DNA of 64,000 nt. Origin: Eledone cirrhosa. Its lineage: Eukaryota. How positions within the stretch are numbered: the stretch's first letter is position 1; the number at the start of each line of letters is the position of its first letter. Below are positions 35,613 to 49,245 of this stretch, one piece after another. The notes below the pieces were generated by a model that made no database searches, had not been told where the DNA came from, and saw nothing but the letters and a program-made list of their open reading frames with translations. Where the stretch lies: contig OZ024746.1 of the NCBI GenBank assembly GCA_964016885.1, forward strand, positions 47,120,001 to 47,184,000, written 5' to 3'. Position numbers and translations under genes: made by a program.

Positions 35613-35790
35613 TATTCAGACATATACATAGATAATAACGATATATATACCACAGAGATATATAGGCGCACAATATATATATATATATAGTTAAACGGGT
35701 TATAGGAAAGAATATTAACTATATAAATATATATGTATGTGAGTGTGCGTGTGTGTGTGTGTGTGTGTGTGTCTGTGTGTGTGTGCGCGC

Positions 35791-35823
<33 letters not shown>

Positions 35824-38244
35824 TGTGTGCGTGTGTGTGTGTGTGCACATGTGTATGTATACGTATCTCTATGGTATAAATACCATCGTTATTCCATATA
35901 TCTGCGTATTTGTGTATGTCATAGATTTAGTTTAGACTTGATAATGATATAGCTTGGTTACTATGAACAGAAAATACTTTTTCCATGAACCTTCCAAACA
36001 AAAAGATGGAATGACTCGGAATGTCCATTTAATCAAATATATTTGAAATAACAAAGAGATTTCAAGGGATTTTCGAGGTAAAATATTCAGCATTTTCCTT
36101 AAGTGAAACGGCTTTTAAAAATACACAAACAAATACGCATGATATCTTGCTAAGCAATTTAAAATGTAGAATTTATTTAGATAAAATCATCCATCTCATT
36201 CCCAGATTCTCCTTCTTATGTTTAAAAAAACTATATTTTCAATAGAATACGCGTGGCATAATGCTAAATAATTTAAAGTGTAAAGTATCTTAGGTTAAAC
36301 GCATTCATTGCTTTCTCCACTTCTTCCTTCTAATACATTAGAAATATTTTTTAAATGTTTGTTTTCAACTGAATCATTAATGAATTTGGATATTATTATC
36401 GATCTTATGGTGCAGCAAATCTTAACCTGCTCCCTAGTTAATGCATGAATATGTAATCTATTAATTTGCCCTCTGTCTCTCCTTTCTACTCAATTTTCGT
36501 TCCCTATATCTTTCTTGAACATATCTTTCTTGAACATATCTTTCTTGAACATGTATTACTTTTTATGCCTCGGCTTTTCGGGCGGCCCTCTCATTCCAGT
36601 TCTAATTGAAGACCAAGTCCTAAATGGTTACTCAAAGGCATTTATATGGTGACTACTCTATTTTTCTATAATATTGATTTTATAGGATTTGTGAGGAATA
36701 CTATAAAATCGACATTTACTTTGCACACCATCAAACTATTGGACTGTTTATACTGACTGGAAGAAAGGCAAATTCGCCATCGTTTAGATTTGTCTGAAGA
36801 ACGTGAAATGCTGTGACGAAATACGTCAAGTAATTTTGTCCACACTGTATCGATTCTGTCCATCACTACCCTCTAGAATAAATGACTATTAATTGGTAAT
36901 CGATCGACTTGGTTGACAAAACTTCGAATAACGAACCAATGATTAATTGGTAAATTAAATTCTATTAACAATGGAATCATTACTGTAATCTTTACTATCA
37001 TTATTGCTGTTAGCTATTTATTGATATTCGATATTTCCATTGAGTTCATCTTCGTAACCATCCCTTGATTACTGTCACATCTGCCTATGATGAATTTACA
37101 CATCAATATACCTGTGCACAAGCAGATCGTACAGGATAATTTCCTTGCGCATTATTTTTTATTCAGATAATAGTAGAGTTATGTTAGTGCCTTTTGTTCA
37201 AAGGAGCAAATGAATATGCCCAATTATTTCTATGGTCACCGTCTTTGCATTTTCATTTTTGACAATTTTAACAACAATTCATATATCTCATGTTTGATTT
37301 AGTTCATACGTTATTTATTTCGTGACGTTGATCCCATATTTATGATACTCCAAAGTTCTGTCGTCGTACTTAAGGATTCTACTTCATAATTTGATTGTAC
37401 CTCTTCATGCGGAACCAACACATTTATCAGCAAGTATATTTTCTTTTTCTGTTCTTCCCTTTGCTTCATGCATTACCATCTTTGTTGCTACTGTACATCC
37501 AATACTTAGTTGGCTGTATGTCAATGATGTTAAGGCTTCTTCGAGCCGTGGTAATTTTACTTCATGAATCATACTACCACTCAGCTGCCCGGTTACGGTG
37601 TTTGGGATATTCAACATCTTGTATCTTGTAACTAGTTGCGTATGTCTCTCCTAACAGCTTAGTTACAATTGTATAGGCTTGTCGAAGAGTATTGTCAGCT
37701 GTATAACTAAATTGTTAGCCACAGAATTTCATCTGCTTCAGTGTTACTTCCCAGCAGCATTGTCAATTCACTACAAATAAATCAAAGCGTCTTTCTTTTA
37801 CCGTTGCCAGTAAACATTTCTAGATTTCTTACTAGTCTTCATGAATCTATTGCAATTGCAAACCGAATGAATATGTTAATCTGTTAACATTGGGGTATAT
37901 TTATTATAGGTGAATAGTAACTGCACGATTATTTTAAGAGACTAGTGTTCTAGTGAAGATTAGAGGCAGCAGTAAAACTCCACACTATAAGGTGAGATCT
38001 TGAGGGATATTGAAATGATAACAGTGCATCTTATGAGTGGGATAATTAAAGGGTTTTAATTAAAGGGTTTTAACTCCCTATATGACACATGTAAGACACT
38101 ACGGTAGATATATATGCGACGCCTGTTTTTAATATAAAATTGAATAAGAATTGATATAACCCATGGTGTTTTTTAATCATTTTGATCAAGAAAACAAATT
38201 GAAAGCAGTATGTCATTAAAGTCGATGCGTTTAATAAATTCAAT

Positions 38245-38418
<174 letters not shown>

Positions 38419-38439
38419 CTTCAAAATTCTACAAATCCA

Positions 38440-39480
38440 AATGCAGAAAATAAATCTAATGATCGTCAATTGCTCTAAGATATAGCTTAGAAAATCGGGT
38501 AAAATACCCTAATAGTCGGGGAAAAGTGGTCAGAATTATTGAACTCCGTACCTTTCAAATTCCGGCTGACTCACTAAATCATTGAAGTCACTGAAAGCTA
38601 AGCAAACAGCATAGAAGTAAACACTATTTCGCAAATATCGGGGAATTGGGTATGTTGGAAATAGTTTGAACAGGGAATCGTGACAGGGTCACATACTTTG
38701 TTTGGTGATAATTTAAGACTACACAATTGGATTTGTTTGTCACTTGTTTCAAGATAAATATTTGTTGGTTTTGACAGAGGTTACAGCAATGTGAAGGCCA
38801 TATTCACATAAGCAAAACCGAGTACTGGTGGAAGGGTTATATCAAAGCCCCTGTAAAATGTACATAAAACAGATCAAATATTATGATATAGGACAAATAA
38901 AGGAAGATATGCACAGTTGTGGATATCAGCTGCCCAGAAGATGTTAATATAGTATTAAGTATTTTTGAAAAGAGAACATCTCTGCCGAACTAATTAGGAA
39001 TCTGCAGATACTCTACCCAGGTTTGTTTTTTATCTAAGATCATTGGAGCACTTGTCTGTGTGACTAACTACCTCAGCAAAAATATTTAAAAGAAAGGAAT
39101 CATAAGTCCAGAAAGAGCATAGCTAATTAATAGCATTACAAGCATAAGCCATTAATGGAACTGTAAAAATATGAAAACCATTCCAGAGGTTTAGCATGTA
39201 ATAAATGTAAATACAAAAACGAAAGTATATATGCATGCAAATAATTAAAAGTATTCTGATCCACGCATACAATGACATCCATACCTACACATATACATAA
39301 CTTTATAGTTGACGCTATGTAGGTTCCAGTTAAAGGGCCTTATTTCAGTTTTTGAGACCCCCCTCCCCTCTCTCTCTCTCTATATATACATATATCCCTG
39401 CCTCTCACTCTCTCTCTCAAACTCTCTATTGGTAAAACATTTAAAAAAGGAAATCAAGAAAAACATACATATATAAATAC
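38440..39480 (+). pseudogene. Decayed RLE-LINE 3' portion (same family as 1-345)
   Basis: Broken frames read EYWW…KICTVVDISCPEDVNI…EKENI.AELIRNLQILYP…IIGAL…INGTVKI. The 3' UTR is similar to 1-345. Confidence 0.7.
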
Positions 39481-40396
39481 ATATATACTTACATATATAC
39501 TTATTTACATGCATGTATACACCATAGTCACCCACACAAACAATTCACACACAATTATACAATATATTAAAGGTACATGTTACCGTTTCTGCATCCCTAC
39601 ATCCATTATAGAGACTGAATCAGTGACATAGAAATGAATAATGAATTAGAGGAAAGCTTAGATTAACTTCGTGAAACCTGAGAACTATGGTAAAGACAGC
39701 AACTTGATATTACAAGGTTGGAAATTACTTCTCAATTTCAGTTATTATAGTTTAATAGATGAATGTCTAGCCAACAACCGGAAAACCACTCTTGCTGCTA
39801 CTTCTGCAGTGGCGTCGACTGCATTGAGTCCGGGTTGTTTTAAGTTTTGTATTGTTTAACTTCAAGGTGTTTTTGTTGTAATACCTGTCTGCTATTAGAT
39901 ATGGAAAGAAGATAAGAGCTTAAATGGTTGATATCAATGACAAGCTTTTATTCAAAAAAATCCTAATTAATGACGTTACAGGTAGTATTTAATATAAATA
40001 TGTAACATTCATGTCTTTATAAAGTGGAAAACCCTCAGCAAAAAAGTAATCATTGTAATCTAATTTGGGTTATTTCTATCTATTGATTATTGTATTTTTC
40101 ATAAGATATGGATGATTCACCATTCAATTTTCTTTCTTTAACCCCCCCCCCCAAAAAAAATGCACAATGTGTTTAAGTGGATTTAAAGTTCGTTCATTCC
40201 CGGTAGATTTGTAGACATTACTTCCCTCTGTTTTTTCTTTATTTTGTTAAAATAGTAGGACACAAAATATTATTAGAAACGTGCGGACGATACTTACAGC
40301 AATCTGATAAATAAACTTCTTATGATAAACCTACGTATTTAAAATTTTCGCAAGCTTTATATAGGTTTAAATGATAGATTTGGGTAGCTTAAAAAT

Positions 40397-40582
40397 CAGA
40401 CCTGCCAATCTCTAAAAACCCAAACGGGGTGTACCATGAAAAAAGTGCCCCAAGAAATGAAGCAAAATGGGGAGATTTTACATAATGAAAGCTATACTCA
40501 TTTTTATAAAAGAAGACATCTCTCGCCCATCCCAAACTGGGGGGGGGGGATTCCCTTCGGACGGGGAGAGTTGACAGATCTG
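40397..40582. mobile_element. Possible MITE (CAGACCTGCCAA.CTC termini)
   Basis: Imperfect ~17-bp terminal inverted repeats cagacctgccaatctc / gagagttgacagatctg; the TSD is not clean. Confidence 0.4.
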
Positions 40583-41088
40583 GAAAAATGTTCTCATGTG
40601 ATACAGAAGTCGGTGCTCTCATTCAAATGCAGCCGGGCAGCTAGCTATTTAATATATTTCAAAATTGAATTGCTCTCCAATTTAAATCTAATAATTTGAA
40701 ATTCCTGTTTCTGGCGTAATTAATACAAAAAAACATGCAATAAGGAACCAGAATGTTAAATAGTTAGGAAATGAAACCACAATGCTAAATAAGGAATTGT
40801 TACAGAAAACCTCTCATTTATTTGCTGAATAAATATGCTCAAACTTTTTAAGTTTATGTGTTGCCTACAGGTTTTAGCTTCTGTGTGTGTGGAAAGGAAA
40901 GTTTCTTTCTACATTCTTTTGATTGTTGGTGAATATATGGATAACCGTGTCTGTTATTTAGGATATATGCTTATGTAAGTATGCTTAACAATGTTAGAAA
41001 AATTTGTTATGTTTTCATTTATTTTATTTTACGATATAATTGATGATATATAAAGATAGAAAATTTAACTATTATTTACAATTAATGG

Positions 41089-41275
41089 AGGGGCGGTGGA
41101 TTGGCAGTATCAGTAGAGGGTCGGTCGCCATGCTTTCCAGCATAGTTACGTCCCTTTACGATCTGAGTTCAAATCCCGCCGAGGTTGACTTTGTCTTTCA
41201 TCCTTACGGGGTCGATAAAATAAAGTACCAGTAATGCACTGGGTAATTGCTGGCCTTGTGCCTAAAGTAGAAACA
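41089..41275 (+). mobile_element. Full-length tRNA-derived SINE with 18-bp TSD
   Basis: A and B boxes present; TSD attatttacaattaatgg at 41071-41088 and 41276-41293. Confidence 0.9.
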
Positions 41276-42216
41276 ATTATTTACAATTAATGGTTTTGAA
41301 AGCAGATAATTGTTTGTTGATGAAAGAAATATAGAAGCATTAAATTTTACTAGACAAAATGAAAAGCTATTGTATTTAATATATTTAAGTCTGACAGATG
41401 CAATCTTAATATTTCATTGTCCCTTTTAAATTCGACGCCTGAGGAAAATAACATTACGAGAACTAATTATTAGTTATACACATGAAATAAAAAAACTATT
41501 TAAATTTGATGGGTTTTCATTATGATATACCTGATTCGATTGAATCTTACTTCTCTATTGTTAGTGCAACATGACCAAAACTATATTTAACATAGATATG
41601 CACAGTCGTGGCTGTGTGACTAAAATGGACGTCACGTGACGACATAATTCTAAGCTTAATTCCACTTTACAGCACCTTAGGCAAATGTCTTCTGCCATAT
41701 CCTCAAACTGATCTATACGTTATGAGTTAAGTTTGGCAGTTGAACATTTGAAGTCACCCTGCATATAGATATATAGATATATATGAATTGATATCTATTT
41801 TTTTACAGAACGAAACCGTGATATAAACACCAATTTATAGGTGAAATTATATTTTTTTTATTTTAAATGTATTTTTTACTTGTAATACTTATTTTTATTT
41901 ATTGTAAAGAATTCCATATAAATATAATTTTGGAAAATGTATGTGCGTGTGTGTGTGTATGAGTGTGTGTGTGCCTGTGTTTGGATGTGTGTATGTATAT
42001 AAATTTATATATATATGGGGTATATAAACATATATATATATACGTGTATGAACTTTTGCACCATTACTCTCGTGTCCACTCTGACACGGGGCGATATTAC
42101 TCGTCAGGGTCCCGCGTGAGTGTGTGTGTGTGTGTTTGGATGTGTATATGTATATAAATATATGAATATATATATATGTGTGTGTGTGTGTGTTTGTGTG
42201 TGTGTGTATATACGTG

Positions 42217-42251
<35 letters not shown>

Positions 42252-42451
42252 GGGGGCGGTGTATAAACATATATATATATATATATAATACGGTATTTAC
42301 CTATCGAGAGAGAGAAAAAAGGGGAGGATAGGTGATACATATAGTTATTTGCCAAGTAGCGTATGCCAAAGGTGCTTGATACTAGTGCCGGCAGTATTAA
42401 ATATTCGAGGTGTTAATATTTAGTGGGCTAGAGAGTTAGCAGAGCGTAAGC

Positions 42452-42793
42452 ACGTGGGAAAGTAAGAAATCGGAGAATAGACCATTAAAACATGTTTATT
42501 TAAAACAGCACCTACGTACGTTTCACTCAGTTGGGCTTCTCAAGGGCGTAAATAACCAAAAGTGTTCCTTACATTGCGCGGAAAGAGTTTTGGGGGTTAA
42601 ATTCAAGCCAAGGTTCATTGCTCGCAAAAATAGCTTGTTTTGATTTTGCAGCAGGTCAAGGGAGGTAACTCTGGCCGGTGTTAGGGCAGTCTTTCTCGGA
42701 CAAATTTTTATCCGCTACAAGATCTTGTACGTAGGTGCTGTTTTAAATAAACATGTTTTATGTTCTATTCTCCGATTTCTTACTTTCCCACGT
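42452..42793. mobile_element. PLE pseudo-LTR remnant with ~68-bp inverted arms and a variant HHR (42508-42549, minus)
   Basis: 42452-42520 is the reverse complement of 42727-42793. The minus strand reads gccc-TTGAGAA-gcccaactgagt-GAAAC-GTAC-GTA-ggtgc. Confidence 0.6.
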
Positions 42794-42817
42794 ATATATA
42801 TATACATGTATGTATTT

Positions 42818-43085
42818 ATGCACCATTACTCTCATTTCCACTCTGACCCGGGGCGGTATTACCCGTAGGGTCGCGCGTATGGGTTAAATAGTCTTAGTGG
42901 CATGGATGATCGTGCCAAGTCTCTGAATCTACCGACATATGTTGTAGCATCCAGCAGCCACGCCCCACCCTGGGTAGAGGCCCCCATGCCTCCTTTGAGC
43001 CAGAGGCTAGGAGGTGGACACATTGAAAATTGCATTCTGGAACATCAGAACCATGCTAGACACAATCGACAGCAGTTGTCCAGTA
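42818..43085 (+). pseudogene. RTE-type LINE 5' UTR and start of APE domain, 3'-truncated
   Basis: Ends in TLKIAFWNIRTMLDT (APE motif I). The first ~60 nt also occur at 42057-42118. Confidence 0.6.
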
Positions 43086-43595
43086 AACTCTTATATTAGA
43101 AATGTTTTCGATAACGTTTTCAAATTAATTTTAGGCAAATTAAATGTGACAATTTAAAATGTATTACAGAATATCTTGTTTTAGTATCTCTAATTTACTT
43201 TGACTTCTTTGAAAAAGATTTGACTGTCGAACTAGTTTATTAAACATTTAAATAGTAAAATAGCGTTGCGTGATTTATTTCTAGTTCATTTAGAATTCAT
43301 GAGACGATGAAAGCCAGACTTTCTTTATTGCTTTTCTTTGCCCTTGTGTTTTGAATGAAGGACTCGTTTGAGTGTTTCATTGGTGTATGTTATTGTATAT
43401 TTTGTTTTCATTTTTTTCTTATTGTAAAAGTCAATGACCGAGAAAAGAGAATTGAGATAGAAGACAGCTAACAGTATAAAGGATGGTTAAGAAAACTTCA
43501 ATTTCGAAATATATTATCGAATTAATAGCTTATTGATTTACTATATTAATTTTGCATTACAGCTGACTAAAACAGACACTTTTTTCATTATTGTA

Positions 43596-43785
43596 CGGAG
43601 GATTGGCAGTATCGGTAGAGGGTCGGCCACCATGCTTTCATGCATAGAGTTACGGCCCTTGCCATTCTGAGTTCAAATCCCGCCGAGGTTAACTTTGCCT
43701 TTCAACCTTACGGGGTCGATAAAATAAAGTACCAGTAATGCGCTGGGATAATTGTTGGCCTTGTGCCAAATGTAGAAACAATTAT
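43596..43785 (+). mobile_element. tRNA-derived SINE
   Basis: Same family as 41089-41275. Confidence 0.85.
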
Positions 43786-45184
43786 TTAATTCTGTTTTCA
43801 CTGAGTAAAATATTTCTTAACAGATTTTCATGTTAGAAAGAGACTAACAGAAGCTTTTGTCACTGCTTGCTTCATATATAGTAAGTAATTTCATTTTATT
43901 GATAATACATTTCACTCGTTATCTAAAGATGATAGACACTAACTTCACATAAAATCTTCCCGGAAGAAAAGTTTATAATACATTGATTTATTTAATTGAG
44001 AAACGACATATTGTGTATTTTTCTCTAAAATAATTACATATGTGAAAATTAGTTCCATTTCATTCTATCTTTTATTCCTTTAAAGCAATAAATGTGTCTT
44101 TGGGAACGATTTAACCTTGTTTAGCCATTTTTGGCCTGTGTGGTTAAGAACATTACTTTCGATTCTATTGTTCAGACGTTGGCAGACAGACAATTCTTCT
44201 ACACAATCAACTAAAAACTTTTAAGTTGAACTCTGGAGATACAAACTGTGGGAACTCGTTGGATTGTCGATCCTTGTTCTTGGGAGCCGGCTTAAACACC
44301 TTATTTGTGACTGCTTTTTGTCCCCTCTGTTATAAAAATTCTTAAGAGTATAGCTGCAATAACCCGTGAATAATGGAATCCTTCCCACTTTCAAAAGATT
44401 ATATTTACTGCTTCTTGTTTGGCACGTAATGAGTTATATTTTAAATCTTCTTTCCTTCTTACCACTCTCATAACCTAACGCTCGAATAAATCCATTCCAT
44501 ATTTCCATTTGCTACATGATCTGTCGTTTCTGCTCCATTTTATTTTGTTTTTGTTCGTGTATTGAAAGAATTGATTGATAGAATAAACGGCGGAATAAAT
44601 GCGTATCAATATATAGTGTGGATAAATCGATCCCATATTTGACAGGTATTTTATGTCATATAAACTGGAAATATAAATAACAAATTTATTATCGGTGAAG
44701 TTTGAACCAATGGGTTTTTTTCCAATGCTCTGTCGATTTTGCCAATTCACCGCCTTCTTACGAGTGTACATCTGTGAAACTTTTACATAGGCGCAAGATA
44801 GGTGTAAGATTATAGTCGAGTAAATTGATCTCAGTACATCAGTACATGCTTATTAATCATTTAATCAATATTATGCAGGGATAAGTAACAAAGTGGAAGC
44901 AGTTGAGAATTGAACTTTGAACAGGAAATGTAACTTATACACACACACACACACACACACATACATACATACATATATATATAAAGGCTTGTGTGTGTGT
45001 GTGTGTGTGTGTGCGTGTGCGTGTGCGTGTGTATGTGAGCTCCCGCCGTTTCAACGGCGTTCGGATTTAACTGTTTTTGAGCTCAGTCAATGTGGTCCCG
45101 AATCCTTCATATTTCCCACTCTACTACTTCAAGTATCGAGTACTCTGGTGAGTCTAACTGGTTTTTACTGCATCCATTCTGATT

Positions 45185-45220
<36 letters not shown>

Positions 45221-45378
45221 GTAATAATAATAAATTTGAAGACTGAAATCCAAAGAGTGCTCGATAAGGATAAATATATATCAAATATATAAGAACCGTA
45301 GAGCAAATAAATATATATATATATAGTGAAAGAATGAAGAGTAACATGGTTGGCTGTAAACAAGGGGCTTTATTTCAG

Positions 45379-45581
45379 GTATTGATAATTGTTTCATTGA
45401 TCAGGTGAGTCTAGAGGTCGCTAATCGCTTGAAGTTGCGTTACTCGATCTCCATTACATTATTTACCTCTGATCAACACATCAGAATACGAAGATATCTA
45501 GTATTCTACTGATGTGTTGATCATAGTTAAATAATGTAATGGAGATCGAGTGACGCAACTTCAAGCGATTAGCGACCTCTA
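45379..45581. mobile_element. PLE pseudo-LTR remnant: ~78-bp fold-back (45412-45581) with a long-stem-II HHR-like motif (45379-45489, minus)
   Basis: Minus strand: gtatt-CTGATGT-gttgatcag…ctgatcaat-GAAAC-aatta-TC-aatac. Confidence 0.6.
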
Positions 45582-45667
45582 TTTATTTATTTATTTATTT
45601 ATTTATTTATTAATTAAAATAAAAGATTAAAGTTTAAGCAAAGAATTATTATTACTAAGCAAATGAT

Positions 45668-45699
<32 letters not shown>

Positions 45700-45756
45700 T
45701 GTATGTATGTATGTATGTATGTATGTATGTGTGTATGTATGTATTGCTGCATATTG

Positions 45757-45882
45757 CCTCTACGATCTGACTTCAAATCCCGCCGAGGTTAACTTTGCCC
45801 TTCATCCTTAAGGGTCGATAATATAAAGCACAAGTAATGCACTGGGGTAATTGCTGCCCTTGTGCCAAAAGTAGAAACAATG
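45757..45882 (+). mobile_element. 5'-truncated SINE
   Basis: B box through TAGAAACAAT, same family. Confidence 0.8.
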
Positions 45883-48149
45883 ATTGTCTATTAAGAGACA
45901 TCTTTCCTGGTTGGCCTTGACATTATTTTCCTGCCGATTAGCCATAATCTCACATTCTTTATTGATAAGTATATTCCAGAGTGTGGCTACTTTGTTATCT
46001 TCCCCCAAGTTTTCTATTGTACATTTTTATCACCATTTATTCCATAGGTTTCTCATTACGTCTACATAATTCCAATGTATTAAAGTTCCAATCCCACCGA
46101 GGTCAACATTGCGTCCATCCTTCTTGGGTCGATAAAATAAGGTACTGGAGTTGTTATAATCATCTTTCCCCTTCCCTGAAATTGCTGACCTTGTGCCAAT
46201 GCTCGAAAGAATAATTTCTCTTGTATCTCTCTCTATCTTTCTCTCATCTATTAATTCATGCAGTGTCCATCGAAAATATAACTCAAAATTATTGCTGGAA
46301 CAGTTAACATATGGATAGCTATGACCTCGTTTTCTTGTTTTTTACTTTAGTATGAATACAATGCATCTATAATATTCCTTCCGAAGTTTATATTCCGTTG
46401 GTGATTATTGATTCCTACATATCTCAAATTCTGTGTTGTTGTCGTTATAGTGTTGGAATCGATTATGTAAGAGTATGTGTTGCGTTATTTTATTAGGAGT
46501 TGATTTTGTATATATATGTTTTGTTACATTGTTTAGTAGTGATGCCGGATGTGTTATTTTATTGTGTAATTTTTATTGTGCGCAGAATGCATTATTTTGT
46601 TTACATTGAAAATACATTGCGTGGGATATAAACTGTACATAGCATGGATATTTTTTAACTGTCTTTAGCTGTCTTTAGCTCTGGTATGGTTTTGGTATCG
46701 GTTTTACTTCCATGTTCTACATCCTGCACAAAATATATATAGTTTGAAATGTCCTGTACTTCCTATCCGGCTATGCTTTGATCAGAAGAAATTGAGATGT
46801 CTATCAAAGTCCAGGTATATTCGTTCCAGATCCTGGTTATCTGAATAGTTTGATTTGATTTCTATGTCAGTCTGAACAAGCATATTGCAGATGAGTGCGG
46901 CCAAGCCATTAATATGTGCCATATGTGGGCCACATTTATGCCATTTCATATTCGTTTTCACGTTGTAGACAGAGTTGTTGATTCGGTCAGGTCTGTGAAC
47001 ATACACTGTGAATAAATTTGAACATGACTGAGCAGCTAGAAATGCTACGATAAATAATCTCATTTCATTGGTTGCGTAGTCTGTAGTTGATCCTACCATT
47101 TTTTCTTCATTATCATATTTTCTTTTGTCGTTGATAGTTGCTATGCATTGGTTCTAAGTACTTGTAATCGAATTTGGGTTCAGTCTGTATCTCAGGGCTT
47201 TTGAGCCGTTGTTTGATTTTACTCTGGTTTACTTCCTCTCAGCTGAGTTTTGCTGCTGTATTTCTCAACACATTTACTTCAGTATATTTTCATTCTGTTT
47301 TTTTTTTTTTCCTTTGATTTATATAAATCGTTTTTGTTAATGTAGTTAATTTCCAGTTTATATGTTATTGGTTGTTTTTTTTACATATAAAGAGAATTGT
47401 TTTTCATATTAGATTCATCAATTTACTTTTGCTGGCTTCTATGAATTTTTCTAGTATTGTGTATTAGATTGCGATTTATATCAGATACTGCCTACTTTCT
47501 AATCTCTCTATATAAGCTTTGAAAGATCGCTTCAAAATGTTGTTAGTCGTTTCTTGGTTTTAACCTTTTTCCTCCATTTAACTTCTATTTTACGATGTTG
47601 AAGTTGTGGTTTATAACTGTGTTGGCTAGCAATTATAGCAATTAGAAATCTTTCACAATAATAATGATGGTTTCTAACCTACACATAAGACCAGCCAGTA
47701 TTTCGGCAGCAGTGGGTGATTCAATAATATCGACCTCATTACTTGGCTGATACTTTATTTTGACACAGAAAGAATAGAAGACAACATGTCTCCTGTTGAT
47801 ATTCTCTTTTGAAGCTCAACTGCGTATTGGGAAATGATATTTTCTTGTGTAGTGAATATATGAATATGTGTTGTGTAATCAGTGTTTTACAATCTGTGCT
47901 GTGTGTCTCAGTATCAGGAATATGATCTGCGGATGGTGAAATATTAATGGATTGCAGCAGCTTAGAGTGTCGATTGTATTAGTTATTGACGTTGTAGTAT
48001 CAGGTATTGATTATGGCAGAGTATGTGTTGTTTGTCTTATTGTTTGGTAAACCTTTAAAGCATATATTCTGTTAGCTGTGTCGTTTATTGTATAGGGTGT
48101 GTTGTGTGTGGATATTATACTATTTAAGTTGTGCTATTGAATGATGATA

Positions 48150-48900
48150 TTTTACGCAGGATGCGGACTTTTCTTAGCAGAGCTATTTTTCTAAATCTGC
48201 ATAACATTGTCATCCCTGGTATGGCTTGCAAAGTTTTGTTCATATTATTTCATACCTCGTGCTCCAATTATAATTAGCACTGATGTTTACCTTCATAACC
48301 CACATCCATTTGCTTCTATTTCGAGATCCATGTATTTTGACAGGTTGTCCTCCTTTTGAGCAATAATTTGCTCAGAAGGAATCACCATGTCTACCAGTCA
48401 GAATGTATTTTTATCCCAGTCATTAATTATTATACGTGGATGATTTGCTGTGGTCATCTTTTCAATTTGGATGATTATATCTCCAATGTTTGTAACAAGG
48501 TCCTTGCCACGTAGGGTATTTTGTACATGTTTTATACTACTTCCGTTTAACATAGACGTGTTAGTATATTGCCTATAGGATATAGCTGCCAACTTGATCG
48601 TGTCTGTGTATATATTCAAACTTGACAAAGGACTGGGCAACCGGAGATGAAGGGGTCAACCATCTCATTGGGATTGTTGCACATTCTGTATTTGATGTTA
48701 GGAACCGTTATTAATATTTTGTTCTTATAATTGTTTGTGGCCAGATATTGGTGCTGTGCTACAATAATCAGTGCTTCCGTTTCTGTTTTTAGTCCGGAAC
48801 TTTCGAGCAATTGTTAAGTTACAGTTTGTTTTTGTTCTTCTCCGTCGAACATTGTGGGGTATTAGTCGTGGAGTGGTTTTCGTCTTTATTTATTTTTCAA
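48150..48900 (-). pseudogene. Old R4/Dong-like RLE-LINE 3' fragment
   Basis: LESSGLKTETEALIIVAQ.Q.L.TNNY…RMC…E.VD..ISGC; also degenerate NHP.II..D and LIIIGA motifs. Confidence 0.7.
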
Positions 48901-49245
48901 TATATATTTTGTACTTTTATTTTAATATTGTTATTACCTTTTACTTTTTCTAATGTATTATTCTGACCTAATTCTATATTTTCAGTGAAGTTAGCCTCTG
49001 GTTTGTATTTTATCGTTTCCTTATATATAAACAATAGTGTTATATTCTTTTTCTTCGGTGTATTTTCATCTTTCCTTTTTCCACTTATCAGTTTCTACTT
49101 GCTACCAAGTACTTTTCATTGTGAGTTTCTATTCGTATTAGATCACCAGCTATTTGCATGTTAGGTTTATTGTATCTTTATCTGGTTTGGAACGCTGTCA
49201 TTATTATTATTATTATTAATATTATTATTATTATTGTTGTTGTTA

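Noticed and set aside
46290-48100. Very old minus-strand LINE remnant
   Set aside because: The T-rich strand bias is suggestive, but I could not read diagnostic motifs confidently.
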